A DNA stretch of 64,000 nt, from assembly GCA_963808325.1 (NCBI GenBank), contig CAWEFU010000011.1:384818-448817 (forward strand), read 5' to 3'. Made by a program: the position numbers and the translations under genes. The stretch comes from an uncultured Solirubrobacterales bacterium. Its GTDB lineage: Bacteria; Actinomycetota; Thermoleophilia; Solirubrobacterales; Solirubrobacteraceae. This document shows positions 39,063 to 49,000 of this stretch, in pieces (within the stretch, counting starts at the first letter, position 1; every line of letters begins with the position of its first letter). The notes under the pieces were generated by a model that was not told where the DNA came from, searched no databases, and was given only the letters and a program-made list of their open reading frames with translations.

Positions 39063-40142
39063 TCAGCGTGACCCTTGGGCCGCCAGGGCCCGGATCTCCG
39101 ACGGCCGGCGTCCGAGCCGCCGGGCGAGCGCCAGATGGCGCCGAGGACCGCCGGCCCGGAGCTCGCGCTCCACCAACGCGAGTTCGCCCGGAGTAAGCCC
39201 GTTGTGGGCCGGAACATGATGGTGCGGCGAGCGTTCACGAGCGTCGCGCAAACCCAGCCGGCGTAGGCGCTGCGAGATGGCCTCGGGAGAGCGGTCGAGC
39301 AGCTCGGCGAGCAGCGCCGGGTTGAGCCCGGCGTGCAACACGAGCTGCTCGTCCTCGGCGGGGCTCCACCGTCGTGGGGCCTGGTGCGAGCGACGCGAGC
39401 GGAGCGTCACGAGCCCGAGCTTGCGGGCCCGAGCCCGCAGAGCCTCGGGCGTGCGCGCGAGAAGCTGGGCGGCGCGCTCGAGCTCCAGGCCCTCGCGGAC
39501 GAGCACCCGCAGCGCCCAATCGTCTCGCGCGCTCCACACGCGGCCATGGCTGGCGAGACCGAGCTTGGCGGCGCGAGCCGCGACCGCGGACGGCGAGCGC
39601 CCCCGGAGCTCGGTCGCGATCTGGGAGCACGTCAGGCCCAGCTCATACCCGTCGCGGACCGCGGCGTCCTCGTATGGCCGCCACCGCCGGCGGCGCACCG
39701 GCTCGTAGCACCCCAGCTTCTGGGCGCGCAGCCGTATCGATCCCGGAGAGCGTCCGAGCATCCGCGCGATCTGTTCCACGTCGAGGTTTCGTCGCCAGGA
39801 GCTGCGGATCACCTGGTCGTCCGCGGAGGTATAGGGGCGGGGGCTGATGCGAGTGCCGAGCAGCGCCCGCCGGCGCCGGCGGATCTGCTCCGCCGATCTG
39901 CCCAAGCGGCTCGACAGCTCGCCGGCGGGTAACCGAGCCGCCGCGGCCGCCCGGATCAGGTCGTCCTCCGCCCGCGACCACGGTCGCTGCCGCGGGCGGG
40001 GGGCCAGCCGCAGCGTGCGTCGTCGCTCGGACACCGCGTCCTCGCTCCGGCCCAGGCTGCGGGCGATCTTCCGGATCGGCACGCCCCGCGGGTACAGCGT
40101 GCGCAGCTCACGGTCCTCGTTCGGCGTCCAGCGTTTTGCCAT
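39063..40142 (-). CDS. Protein of 6-7 tandem Myb/SANT-like helix-turn-helix repeats
   Basis: Repeating [WY]xxx[ED]DxxL...(I)AxxLGR[ST]xxA[VI]xxRxxxLG(L) units; start ATG 40142. Confidence 0.8.
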   Translation of the reverse strand: MAKRWTPNEDRELRTLYPRGVPIRKIARSLGRSEDAVSERRRTLRLAPRPRQRPWSRAEDDLIRAAAAARLPAGELSSRLGRSAEQIRRRRRALLGTRISPRPYTSADDQVIRSSWRRNLDVEQIARMLGRSPGSIRLRAQKLGCYEPVRRRRWRPYEDAAVRDGYELGLTCSQIATELRGRSPSAVAARAAKLGLASHGRVWSARDDWALRVLVREGLELERAAQLLARTPEALRARARKLGLVTLRSRRSHQAPRRWSPAEDEQLVLHAGLNPALLAELLDRSPEAISQRLRRLGLRDARERSPHHHVPAHNGLTPGELALVERELRAGGPRRHLALARRLGRRPSEIRALAAQGSR

Positions 40143-40186
40143 CTCGGTCCTCGCTCTGGGAGCTCCTGGGCAGGGCAGCAACTCGT

Positions 40187-40241
40187 GAGGCGAGCGAGAC
40201 CTCGATGGCGTCGGCCGTGAACGCCGTCCTTCAAGGTATCA
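40187..40241 (-). promoter_or_regulatory. Extended -10 (TGaTACCTT) followed by two tandem hairpins in the Myb-repeat gene leader
   Basis: -10 at 40238-40233; hairpins at 40225-40207 (loop ACGGCC) and 40203-40187. Confidence 0.45.
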
Positions 40242-40259
40242 CCAGCGTACGCTTGTGGC

Positions 40260-41366
40260 ATGCATGGTGAAGGCGGTGCTGAGCTGGGGAATCGGCTGGC
40301 CGCGGTCCGAGCCGGCTTCTGGCTTGGGTGGTTGTCGATCGCGGCGGTGATCGCCGCGCTGGCCCTCGGATTGCGGACGCGACACCCGGCGGCGCTCCTG
40401 GCCCTGACCGCGGCGGCTGCCGCGGCGAACACCGCCGTCACCCTGGTGCCCTGGCGGCGGTGGCTGGAGGGGGCTCGCGGCCGTCTGCTGTTGGACCTGT
40501 GGTCGGCTGGGCTGATCGGTTTCACGGCCCTGCTGGTGCTGGCCGCGGGCGCTCGGGCCGACTTCGACCTGTTGCTGTTCCTGATCGCGCCGTTTCTCGC
40601 CACCGTGCACCGCTCGCGGCGGCGTCATATTTGGCTGACCGCGACCGGCGTGGCGTACCTGGCGATGATGGCGGTCGCGCCCGATCCGCTGCCGACCGGC
40701 GAGATCGCGATGCGCCTCGCCCTGCTGGCGGCGGCCACGACGCTGGCGCTCGTCTTGGCGCGGATGGTGGGGCGTGAGGCCACCGCCCGCGCGCGGGCCA
40801 GCGAACGGGCCGAGATGGAGCACGCTCTGCTCGCGGAGTCCCACCACCGGGTCAAGAACAGCCTGCAGACCGTGGCCGACATCCTGATGCTTGGCCGCCC
40901 CGCCGGTCCCGGCGCCGAGAAGTTCGACGAGACGGCCGCTCGGATCAGGTCAATCGCGGCGGTCCACCGGCTGCTGGCCGAGCGCCGCGGCGAGGCGGTG
41001 AGCGCGCCGGCGCTGCTCGCGGCCGTGGCCGCCGCAGCCGCCGTGGACGCCCAGCTCGACGCCGAGCCCCGCGAGCTCGATCCCACCGCCGCGCAGCAGC
41101 TCGGGATCGTGGCCAACGAACTGATCGCCAACGCCGCGCGCCACGGCCGGCCGCCGATCCAAGTGTTATTGCACGGCGAGCATCCGATCGTGCTCGAGGT
41201 GCGGGACGCCGGCGACGGGCCCCGGGACGGCCCGGAGCGGCTCGGACTCCAGCTCGTCCATCAGATCGTCGAGCGGGGGTTGGCGGGCAGCTTCACGTTG
41301 ACGGCCGGCACCCCCGCGGGCACCTGCGCCCAGGTCCGCTTCGACGCCGACCGATGCGCATCCTGA
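40260..41366 (+). CDS. Membrane HisKA_2/HWE-type sensor kinase (PdtaS/EutW-like)
   Basis: About five TM segments, ESHHRVKNSLQTV, NELIANAARHG, RLGLQLV. Confidence 0.88.
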   Translation: MHGEGGAELGNRLAAVRAGFWLGWLSIAAVIAALALGLRTRHPAALLALTAAAAAANTAVTLVPWRRWLEGARGRLLLDLWSAGLIGFTALLVLAAGARADFDLLLFLIAPFLATVHRSRRRHIWLTATGVAYLAMMAVAPDPLPTGEIAMRLALLAAATTLALVLARMVGREATARARASERAEMEHALLAESHHRVKNSLQTVADILMLGRPAGPGAEKFDETAARIRSIAAVHRLLAERRGEAVSAPALLAAVAAAAAVDAQLDAEPRELDPTAAQQLGIVANELIANAARHGRPPIQVLLHGEHPIVLEVRDAGDGPRDGPERLGLQLVHQIVERGLAGSFTLTAGTPAGTCAQVRFDADRCAS

Positions 41367-41959
41367 TCGCCGAAGACGAGCCGATCATCGCGCTCGCGCT
41401 CGCCGAGCGTCTGCGGGCCCTCGGACACGAGCCGCTCGGACCGGTGCACGACGGCGTCGAGGCGATCGACGCCGCCCGCGCCGAGCGCCCGGACCTCTAC
41501 CTGTTTGACATCGACATGCCGCGCGTGGACGGGCTCCGCGCCGCGCAGGCCCTGGCCGACGAGGGGCTCCGGCGGCCCGTGGTGGTGGTCACCGGTGTCG
41601 AGGATCCCGGGCTCGTCGAGCGCTCGGTCTCGAGCGGAGTCTCGGCGTACCTGACAAAACCGATCGACGATCGCCAGCTGGATGCCGCCATCCGGCTGGC
41701 CGCCGCCCGCCACAGCGAGCTGCTGAAGCTGGAGGAAGAAGTGGAGCGGGCGCGCCGGTCGCTGACCGAGCGCAAGGTCATCGAACGAGCCAAGGGCCTG
41801 CTGATGGACACGCTCGGGCTCTCCGAGGCGGAGGCCTTCTCCCGCCTGCAGCACGTCGCCCGCAACCGGAACGCCCGCCTGGCTGAAGTGGCTTCAGAGG
41901 TGATCGAGCAGCGTGATCTCCTGCTGAGAACGCAGAGCCCCGGCTCAGGAAAGCCGTAG
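41354..41959 (+). CDS. ANTAR-domain response regulator (PdtaR/EutV-like)
   Basis: ILIAEDE, FDIDMP receiver; LTERKVIERAKGLLM..LSEAEAFSRLQ ANTAR. Confidence 0.93.
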   Translation: MRILIAEDEPIIALALAERLRALGHEPLGPVHDGVEAIDAARAERPDLYLFDIDMPRVDGLRAAQALADEGLRRPVVVVTGVEDPGLVERSVSSGVSAYLTKPIDDRQLDAAIRLAAARHSELLKLEEEVERARRSLTERKVIERAKGLLMDTLGLSEAEAFSRLQHVARNRNARLAEVASEVIEQRDLLLRTQSPGSGKP

Positions 41960-42002
41960 GCTGCTCGGCTTCGGCTCGCGACACCGGGCTTGGTCGCGGT
42001 CG

Positions 42003-42125
42003 CTAGGGCTCCACGAGCGGACGCACCTCGATCGCGACACCCAGCGGCGCCGCCGGGATCTTCGCCGCCAGCTCAATGGCAGCGTCGAGATCGTCGGCGT
42101 CCAGGAACAGGTAACCGCCGAAGCC
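42003..42125 (-). pseudogene. YciI-family 3' remnant
   Basis: GGYLFLDADDLDAAIELAAKIPAA..GVAIEVRPLVE with no N-terminal half. Confidence 0.75.
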
Positions 42126-42549
42126 CGATCGGCTGGCTCCCGCGGGCCTCCTCCGCGAGGACCGCGAGCAGGGCGGCCGGCGGCGCCGGACGTACGCGGT
42201 CACCTCAGCCGGCCGCGAGGCCCTGGATGTCTGGCTCGCCGAGCCCACTCCCGGGGGTCCCGAGCTGCGGGACCTCGGGCTGGTGAAGCTCTACTTCAGC
42301 GAGCTGGCCGAGGACGCGTTCGAAGAGCTCGTCCACGAGCAGATCGCGCCGCATCGGAGCATCCTCGCCCGCTACGAGGCTCTCTGGTGGCGGTACGGCG
42401 GGCGGCCCGAGTACGCCCGGCGCACGCTGCCGCTGAAGCTGGGGCTTCGCATCGAGCGCGAGCAGGCCGAGTTCTGGGAGACGCTCGCCGGCGGCCAGTC
42501 GCCTGCCGCTGCCCCGGCCGTCGCCGCCAGCTCCTCCGGTCGCTCGTAG
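42121..42549 (+). pseudogene. PadR-family regulator lacking its N-terminus
   Basis: RLAPAGLL...GGRRRRTYAVTSAGREALDVWL, ELRDLGLVKLYF; in-frame TAA at 42112-42114, no start. Confidence 0.75.
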
Positions 42550-42706
42550 GCTAGGTCCCGGAGGTGGCGGGATGACTGTCGCCAGGGGCGATGTTGGATG
42601 CCTCACCGGCGGCCATTCCGCCGAGCGCCGCGGAGGTCGCCCCCGCGATCGAGGGCGCCCGAGTCCCCCCTGCCTCGGCGAACCAGCGGCCCGACGGGAG
42701 CGGGCG

Positions 42707-43603
42707 TCAGGGCGCCGGCACGCCCACGCGCTGACCGATGATCCGTCCCGACGGGAGCTCGACGTACGTCATCGACGCGTTGTTGTTCTTGTTGGACTCC
42801 AGCAGCACGTCCCGCGGGTCGGCGATCATCACGAACGCGAAGCGTCCACGGAGGCCGGTCACGTCGATCCACTGCTGCGGATACTCGTAGGGGTACACGT
42901 CCGACCAGCCGACCGAGGTGCCGAGGACGTCGCGGTGCAGCCTTGGGTCCTGGCTGCAGGCTAGGTAGACCGGGTTGACAGGCGAGCGCGCCATGGGGTG
43001 CGTGCGGATGAGGTCCCGCAGGCAGTAGTCGACCTTCGGTCCGACGCGAACGAGGTGCACCGTTCGTAACCGGGCGTCGATCGTCCAAAGCTGAAATGCG
43101 GCGACCTGGCGGAACTTCCAGTAGCTGTAGCTGCCGATCGTCGGATGGCCATAGCGGTAACCCCGCACGAACTTGAATATGAGCTGGCCGTCGCTCTCAA
43201 AGAGATGCCGCCTGCCGCCTCGGCCATAGATCGCCTGCTCGACGATCCAGGCGCCGGCTCCACGCCGGTGGGCACGTAGCTCGAGCGGGCCGGCTCCGAG
43301 GTTGTTGACCGAGCTTGCCGCGCGCAGCAGGACGTGTCCCGCGATCGATGTGCGGTCGACGTGCACATCGAACGGCGCCGACATGACCAGATCGGGACAG
43401 CGCAGGTGCAGTTGCGGATCCGCGCACGGCCCGACCGCTGTCAGCCCGGTTGCGGGCACGCCCGTCTCCGACCCCGCAGCCGCGCTGGTGCCGCGCGCCA
43501 GTAGGTCGGCCGGCCCCAAGAGGGCGCACCCGACAAGGCAGGCCACGACTGCCGAGAGCAACCTGCCACGCCGCCCCACGCCGAACGGGTCCTGTCCGCG
43601 CAC
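42707..43603 (-). CDS. Secreted lysyl-oxidase-like protein
   Basis: VNNLGAGPLEL, KVDYCLRD, SVGWSDVY, QWIDVTGL, ADPRDVLLESNKNNN; start uncertain. Confidence 0.75.
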   Translation of the reverse strand: MRGQDPFGVGRRGRLLSAVVACLVGCALLGPADLLARGTSAAAGSETGVPATGLTAVGPCADPQLHLRCPDLVMSAPFDVHVDRTSIAGHVLLRAASSVNNLGAGPLELRAHRRGAGAWIVEQAIYGRGGRRHLFESDGQLIFKFVRGYRYGHPTIGSYSYWKFRQVAAFQLWTIDARLRTVHLVRVGPKVDYCLRDLIRTHPMARSPVNPVYLACSQDPRLHRDVLGTSVGWSDVYPYEYPQQWIDVTGLRGRFAFVMIADPRDVLLESNKNNNASMTYVELPSGRIIGQRVGVPAP

Positions 43604-43747
43604 CGCGTAAGCATGCCGAATCAGCCGGCCGGGCGCGAAAGGGCGGGGCCGAACCCCGGTCTGTTTCTTACGCAATTGTGAGGCTTCCCTGCGGTTGCCC
43701 TTCACCCGCTGGGGCATCCTTGACTTATCTAGGAAAGGACCCTCCAA

Positions 43748-43906
43748 ATGACCACGATCTTCGTCATCAACGCGATTTCATCCCTTCTCGCCGCGGCCGG
43801 CATCGGCGGCTGGTTCGCCCGTATGCGCCGCCGTGCTCACCGCGACGTGCTCGTGCAGCCGCTGTACCTAACCACGAGGAATCCGTCGCGGCCGCCGCTC
43901 CGCTGA
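43748..43906 (+). CDS. 52-aa single-TM small protein (not in the ORF track)
   Basis: RBS AGGAAAGGA 8 nt upstream; MTTIFVINAISSLLAAAGIGGWFARMRRR... Confidence 0.65.
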   Translation: MTTIFVINAISSLLAAAGIGGWFARMRRRAHRDVLVQPLYLTTRNPSRPPLR

Positions 43907-43929
43907 GCTTCGCGCAGCGACCGCTATCC

Positions 43930-44073
43930 GTGCCACCGAGCGTCGCGGTGACTGGCGCTTCGGCGCGCATCGGGCGCGCTCTGGTGGACCGCTTGGCCGC
44001 CCGCGGGTATCACCCCGTGGGACGCGCTCTATACGGAGTCGCGAAGTGCTTCGTCGAGGCGCTCGCCTCATGA
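43930..44073 (+). pseudogene. Internally deleted NAD-dependent epimerase/SDR remnant
   Basis: VAVTGASARIGRAL Rossmann start joined almost directly to LYGVAK (YxxxK) in 47 aa. Confidence 0.55.
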
Positions 44074-44237
44074 CGCGCACATTGCGCGACCGAGGATCTA
44101 TTCGGGTGGAGCGCGGAGCACCGCTGCGCGGCGCATCCACGAGCTGAAGCATCTGGCCGCGAAGTCGCCCCCCGAGAGGGATGGCGGGCACACCGGTGCG
44201 GTTGAATTCCGGTGGGTCACCGGCAGAGGAGAGGCAC

Positions 44238-45250
44238 GTGCAGCGATCCACCGAGCAAGTTCTAACGACGCACACCGGCAGCCTGCCTCGTCCCCCGGCC
44301 TTGTTGGAGGTACTGCGGCGGCGCGATCGCGGTGAGTCGAACGGCTCGGGACTCGAGCAGCAGGTGCGCGAGGCGGTCAATGACGTCGTGCAGCGCCAGG
44401 CGCAGGCCGGAGTAGACGTAGTCAACGACGGCGAAGCGAGCAAGATCAGTTACGCCACCTATGTCAAGGAGCGCCTCGAGGGCTTTGGCGGTGTTGGCGG
44501 CTTGAGTGCCCTCCCCGCCGACCTGGCCGAGTTCCCCGACTACATGCAGCGTGTGATGGGCGGTATCGACTTTGAGATGCCGGCCTGTATCGGCCCCGTC
44601 GCCTACCGAGATCTCGACGCGGTGCGCGCCGATATCGCGAACCTGAAGAACGCCGTCGGGACCGTCGAGGTCGAGGAAGCGTTCATGACCGCGGCTTCCC
44701 CTGGCGTGATCTCCGTGTTCTTACAGAACCATCATTACCCAAGCCACGAGGAGTACATCTGGGCGCTCGCAGAGGCGATGAAAACTGAGTACGACGAGAT
44801 CCACCCTGCCGGTCTCCTGCTGCAGCTCGACTGTCCCGACCTAGCGATGTCTGTTGGGGCAACTATGAAGGGCCGCACAACCACGACGTTCCCTTGCGCG
44901 ACATCATCGACATCGTCTTCGAGGCGAGGCCCACCGCGATCTCGTTTGAGGCCGCCAACCCCCGGCACGAGCACGAGTGGACCGTCTTCGAAGAAGTCAA
45001 GCTGCCCGAAGCGAAGGCTCTCATCCCGGGGGTGCTCGACTCGACCACGAACTACATCGAGCATCCCGAGCTCGTTGCACAGCGTCTGGTCCGCTACGCC
45101 GAGCTCGTGGGGCGCGAGAACGTGATCGCCGGCAGCGACTGCGGTTTTGCCACGTTCGCCAGCTACCTGACGATCGACCCCGCGATCACGTGGGCCAAGC
45201 TGCGCGCGATGGCCGACGGGGCCGAGCTCGCTTCCGGACGGCTGTGGTGA
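44238..45250 (+). pseudogene. Cobalamin-independent methionine synthase II-family gene with internal deletion and frameshift
   Basis: TTHTGSLPRP...LQLDCPDLAM in one frame, then CWGNYEGPH..EAANPRHEHEW..IAGSDCGF in another; junction near 44850. Confidence 0.85.
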
Positions 45251-46386
45251 GGCGGCTAGCTGCAGTGTCGGCGTTGGCCGCCGGGGCTGCAGCCGCGCTG
45301 GCGTTTCCCGGCGGCGCGATGGCGGGATGCCCCAGCCGATACGCGGCGATCCAGCGCGGCCTCGAGCGTCTGGTGGCGGCGCGGGGCGGCCCAGTGGGCG
45401 CGATCGCGACCCTGTACGGCGACGGTCGCACAATCGTCCTATCGGCGGGGCGCGCCAACGCCGCCCGCCCCGGCGCGCCCGGCTTGCACGATCACATGCG
45501 GATCGCCAGCGTTTCCAAGGCGTTCAGCGGCGCGGTCGCGCTGCATCTGGTGCAGGAGGGCCTCCTTCGTCTGAACGACACGATCGGGCGGCTGCTCCCG
45601 GGAATGCCGTCGGCGTGGTCCGCGGTCACGATGCGCCAGATGCTCGACCACACAAGCGGCCTGCCGGACTACACCCGGTCGGAAGGGTTCCGGAACCACA
45701 TCACGGCCAATCCGCGAGGCTACGTCTCGCCGACGCAGCTCATCGACTGGGTGCGCACGGATGGCACAGTGTTCACGCCCGGTTCGCGCTATGAGTACTC
45801 GAACACCGACAACGTCGTCGTCGGCCTGATCGCCGAGCACCTCACCGGGGAGTCCTATCCGCACCTGCTCTCCGCCATCGTCTCGCGGCCGGCCGGGCTC
45901 ACGCAGACCACGTTTCCGACCGTGAGGCTCTCGATGCGGAGGCCGTTCATCCACGGCTACGAGGTCTCGCCCGGCAAGCCGCCGGAGGACGTCACCAATA
46001 CCTTCAGCCCAAGCGGGGCCTGGGCGTCCGGAGGGATCGTCTCGACCCCGGCCGACCAGGGCGCGTTCATCCGCGCGTACCTGGGTCGCCGGTTCTTCGG
46101 CAAGGCGGTGCAGCGCCAGCAACTGCGGTTCGTGCGCGGCTCCTCGGACCCGCCGGGTCCCGGCACGAACTCGGCGGGTCTGGCGATCTTCCGCTACCAG
46201 ACGCGCTGCGGCAGCGTCTACGGTCACACCGGAAGCTTCCCCGGCTACGCGCAATGGGTGGCGGCGACGGCGGACGGCCGGCGCTCGGTCACGATGACGC
46301 TGAACATCGCACCGCCGACAGGGGCCCTGCTCCAGCAGCTACGTGCGGTCCAGACATCCGCCGTGTGCGCGCTGCTGGGGAGGTGA
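45247..46386 (+). CDS. Secreted serine hydrolase (class C beta-lactamase / D-Ala-D-Ala carboxypeptidase family)
   Basis: RIASVSK (SxxK), YEYSN, YGHTGS; GTGA overlap at 45247. Confidence 0.92.
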   Translation: MRRLAAVSALAAGAAAALAFPGGAMAGCPSRYAAIQRGLERLVAARGGPVGAIATLYGDGRTIVLSAGRANAARPGAPGLHDHMRIASVSKAFSGAVALHLVQEGLLRLNDTIGRLLPGMPSAWSAVTMRQMLDHTSGLPDYTRSEGFRNHITANPRGYVSPTQLIDWVRTDGTVFTPGSRYEYSNTDNVVVGLIAEHLTGESYPHLLSAIVSRPAGLTQTTFPTVRLSMRRPFIHGYEVSPGKPPEDVTNTFSPSGAWASGGIVSTPADQGAFIRAYLGRRFFGKAVQRQQLRFVRGSSDPPGPGTNSAGLAIFRYQTRCGSVYGHTGSFPGYAQWVAATADGRRSVTMTLNIAPPTGALLQQLRAVQTSAVCALLGR

Positions 46387-46482
46387 CGAGCGGGCGATTC
46401 TCAGCTCCCCTGACGGCGTAGCCGCGAGGAGGACCATCGAGCGGCAGTGTCGCACGAGGTGTCGCAGGAGGTAGGCGAGTGC

Positions 46483-46551
46483 GTGGTTTCGCTTGACTCG
46501 AGTGACGATGAGCCGCTGCGGTTCTGGCGGTACGCCATCGCCGCCCTCGTG
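46483..46551 (+). pseudogene. Short fragment of a MalT-like LuxR regulator
   Basis: VVSLDSSDDEPLRFWRYAIAAL resembles the WLSLDxxDNDPxRFWxY motif; no surrounding ORF. Confidence 0.45.
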
Positions 46552-46577
46552 TTGGCCGAGGCCCTCGGGACCCCCGG

Positions 46578-47186
46578 CTAGGGCTCGGCGGCGGCGAACT
46601 CGGGGCTGCTCCAGGGTCGGTTCGGCTCGCCCTCGAACCAGTACTGGCCCCCCCGGAGGCGCTCGAGCAGCTGCCGCGCCCAGGCCGCCTCTCCGTCCAG
46701 CCGCGCCTGCGTTAGCCGGTAGTGCTCGGCCACGGTGTCGGGCATGCCAGATGCTCGGCCGATGTCCTCAATCGCGAAATCCGTCGCGCGCGCGGAGGCT
46801 GAGATCTGCTCGATGCGATGCTCGAGCGCGGCGATCACCTCGTCGCGGGTTAGCGCCCAGGCGAAGCTCCATCCAGCCATCAGATTCGCCGGATCGTGCG
46901 GCGACACGTTCCACAGCGCTGCCCGCAGCAGCACCAGGAACTCCGTGTGGCCGTCGTCGGTCAGCCGGTAGCTGGTGCGCGCTGGGCGGCCGCCACGAGC
47001 CTCGGTTCCCACCTCCTCGATATGGCCCTCCCGCGCCAGGGTTCGCAGGCCGTTGTAGACCGAGCCCGGGTTCAGGTGCGCCCAGGCATCCGCGTGCCAG
47101 CTGAGGAGCTCGCGCCGGACGAAATAGCCGTGCACGGGCTGAAAAATCCGGACCGTTCCGAGTAGCAGCAGCCGCGTCGCCGACAT
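46578..47186 (-). CDS. PadR-family transcriptional regulator
   Basis: PVHGYFVRREL, NPGSVYNGLRTL, RTSYRLTDDG. Confidence 0.9.
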   Translation of the reverse strand: MSATRLLLLGTVRIFQPVHGYFVRRELLSWHADAWAHLNPGSVYNGLRTLAREGHIEEVGTEARGGRPARTSYRLTDDGHTEFLVLLRAALWNVSPHDPANLMAGWSFAWALTRDEVIAALEHRIEQISASARATDFAIEDIGRASGMPDTVAEHYRLTQARLDGEAAWARQLLERLRGGQYWFEGEPNRPWSSPEFAAAEP

Positions 47187-47257
47187 GGTCTCCACATCTT
47201 ACTTGACAACAGTGATTATTCATGTTTGACTACGCTTCCATGTTCAACATTGACTAC

Positions 47258-48220
<963 letters not shown>

Positions 48221-48228
48221 GGAGGATC

Positions 48229-48993
48229 ATGATGCGTTTCCTAAACGAGACCCGGCTCGTGTTCGTGCGGGCGATGCGTCTGTCACTGCGCAACAAGGTG
48301 TGGCTGATCATCGGATTGATGCAGCCGCTGCTGTACCTCGCCCTGTTCGGACCGCTGCTCAAGCGGGTGGACGGGCTCCCGGGCTTCCCGCGAAGCAGCT
48401 CCTGGCAGGTGTTCACCCCCGGGTTGCTAGTGCAGCTGGGGATCTTCGGAGCGCTGTTCGTGGGCTTCGGCCTGATCGCCGAAGTCAGGGACGGAGTGAT
48501 CGAGCGGATGCGGGTGACTCCGGCGTCCCGCCTGGCTCTGCTCGCGGGACGAGTCCTTCGCGACGCCGTCGTCCTGGTCGCGCAGTCACTGGTGCTGATC
48601 AGCGCCGCGTACGCGTTCGGTCTCCGCGCTCCGATCGGCGGCGTGATGCTCGCGGTGCTGCTCGTGGCCGCCATCGGCTCGGCGTTCGCCGCTGCCTCCT
48701 ATGCGGTCGCGCTGCTGACCGGAACCGAGGACGCGATGGCCTCGATCACCAACAGCCTCGCGGTGCCGCTGCTCCTGCTCTCGGGCATCCTCCTGCCGAT
48801 GACGCTCGCCCCCGGGTGGCTGCGAACGGTGTCGAACATCAATCCGGTCAAACACATAGTCGACGCGTTGCGGGCACTGTTCCATGGACACGTGGTGAAC
48901 GGCACCGTCGGCATCGGCGTGCTCATCGGGGCGGCGCTGATCGTCGTCGGGATGTTCTTCGGGACGCGCACCTTCCAGCGCGACTCACCGTGA
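48229..48993 (+). CDS. ABC-2 permease
   Basis: QPLLYLALFGPLL, GVIERMRVTP, LSGILLPMTLAP. Confidence 0.93.
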   Translation: MMRFLNETRLVFVRAMRLSLRNKVWLIIGLMQPLLYLALFGPLLKRVDGLPGFPRSSSWQVFTPGLLVQLGIFGALFVGFGLIAEVRDGVIERMRVTPASRLALLAGRVLRDAVVLVAQSLVLISAAYAFGLRAPIGGVMLAVLLVAAIGSAFAAASYAVALLTGTEDAMASITNSLAVPLLLLSGILLPMTLAPGWLRTVSNINPVKHIVDALRALFHGHVVNGTVGIGVLIGAALIVVGMFFGTRTFQRDSP

Positions 48994-49000
48994 GCGCTCG

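Noticed and set aside
44073-44237. Possible SAM or cobalamin riboswitch upstream of the MetE-like gene
   Set aside because: Only generic hairpins; I could not find the conserved cores of SAM-I/IV or B12 elements. An Rfam cmscan would settle it
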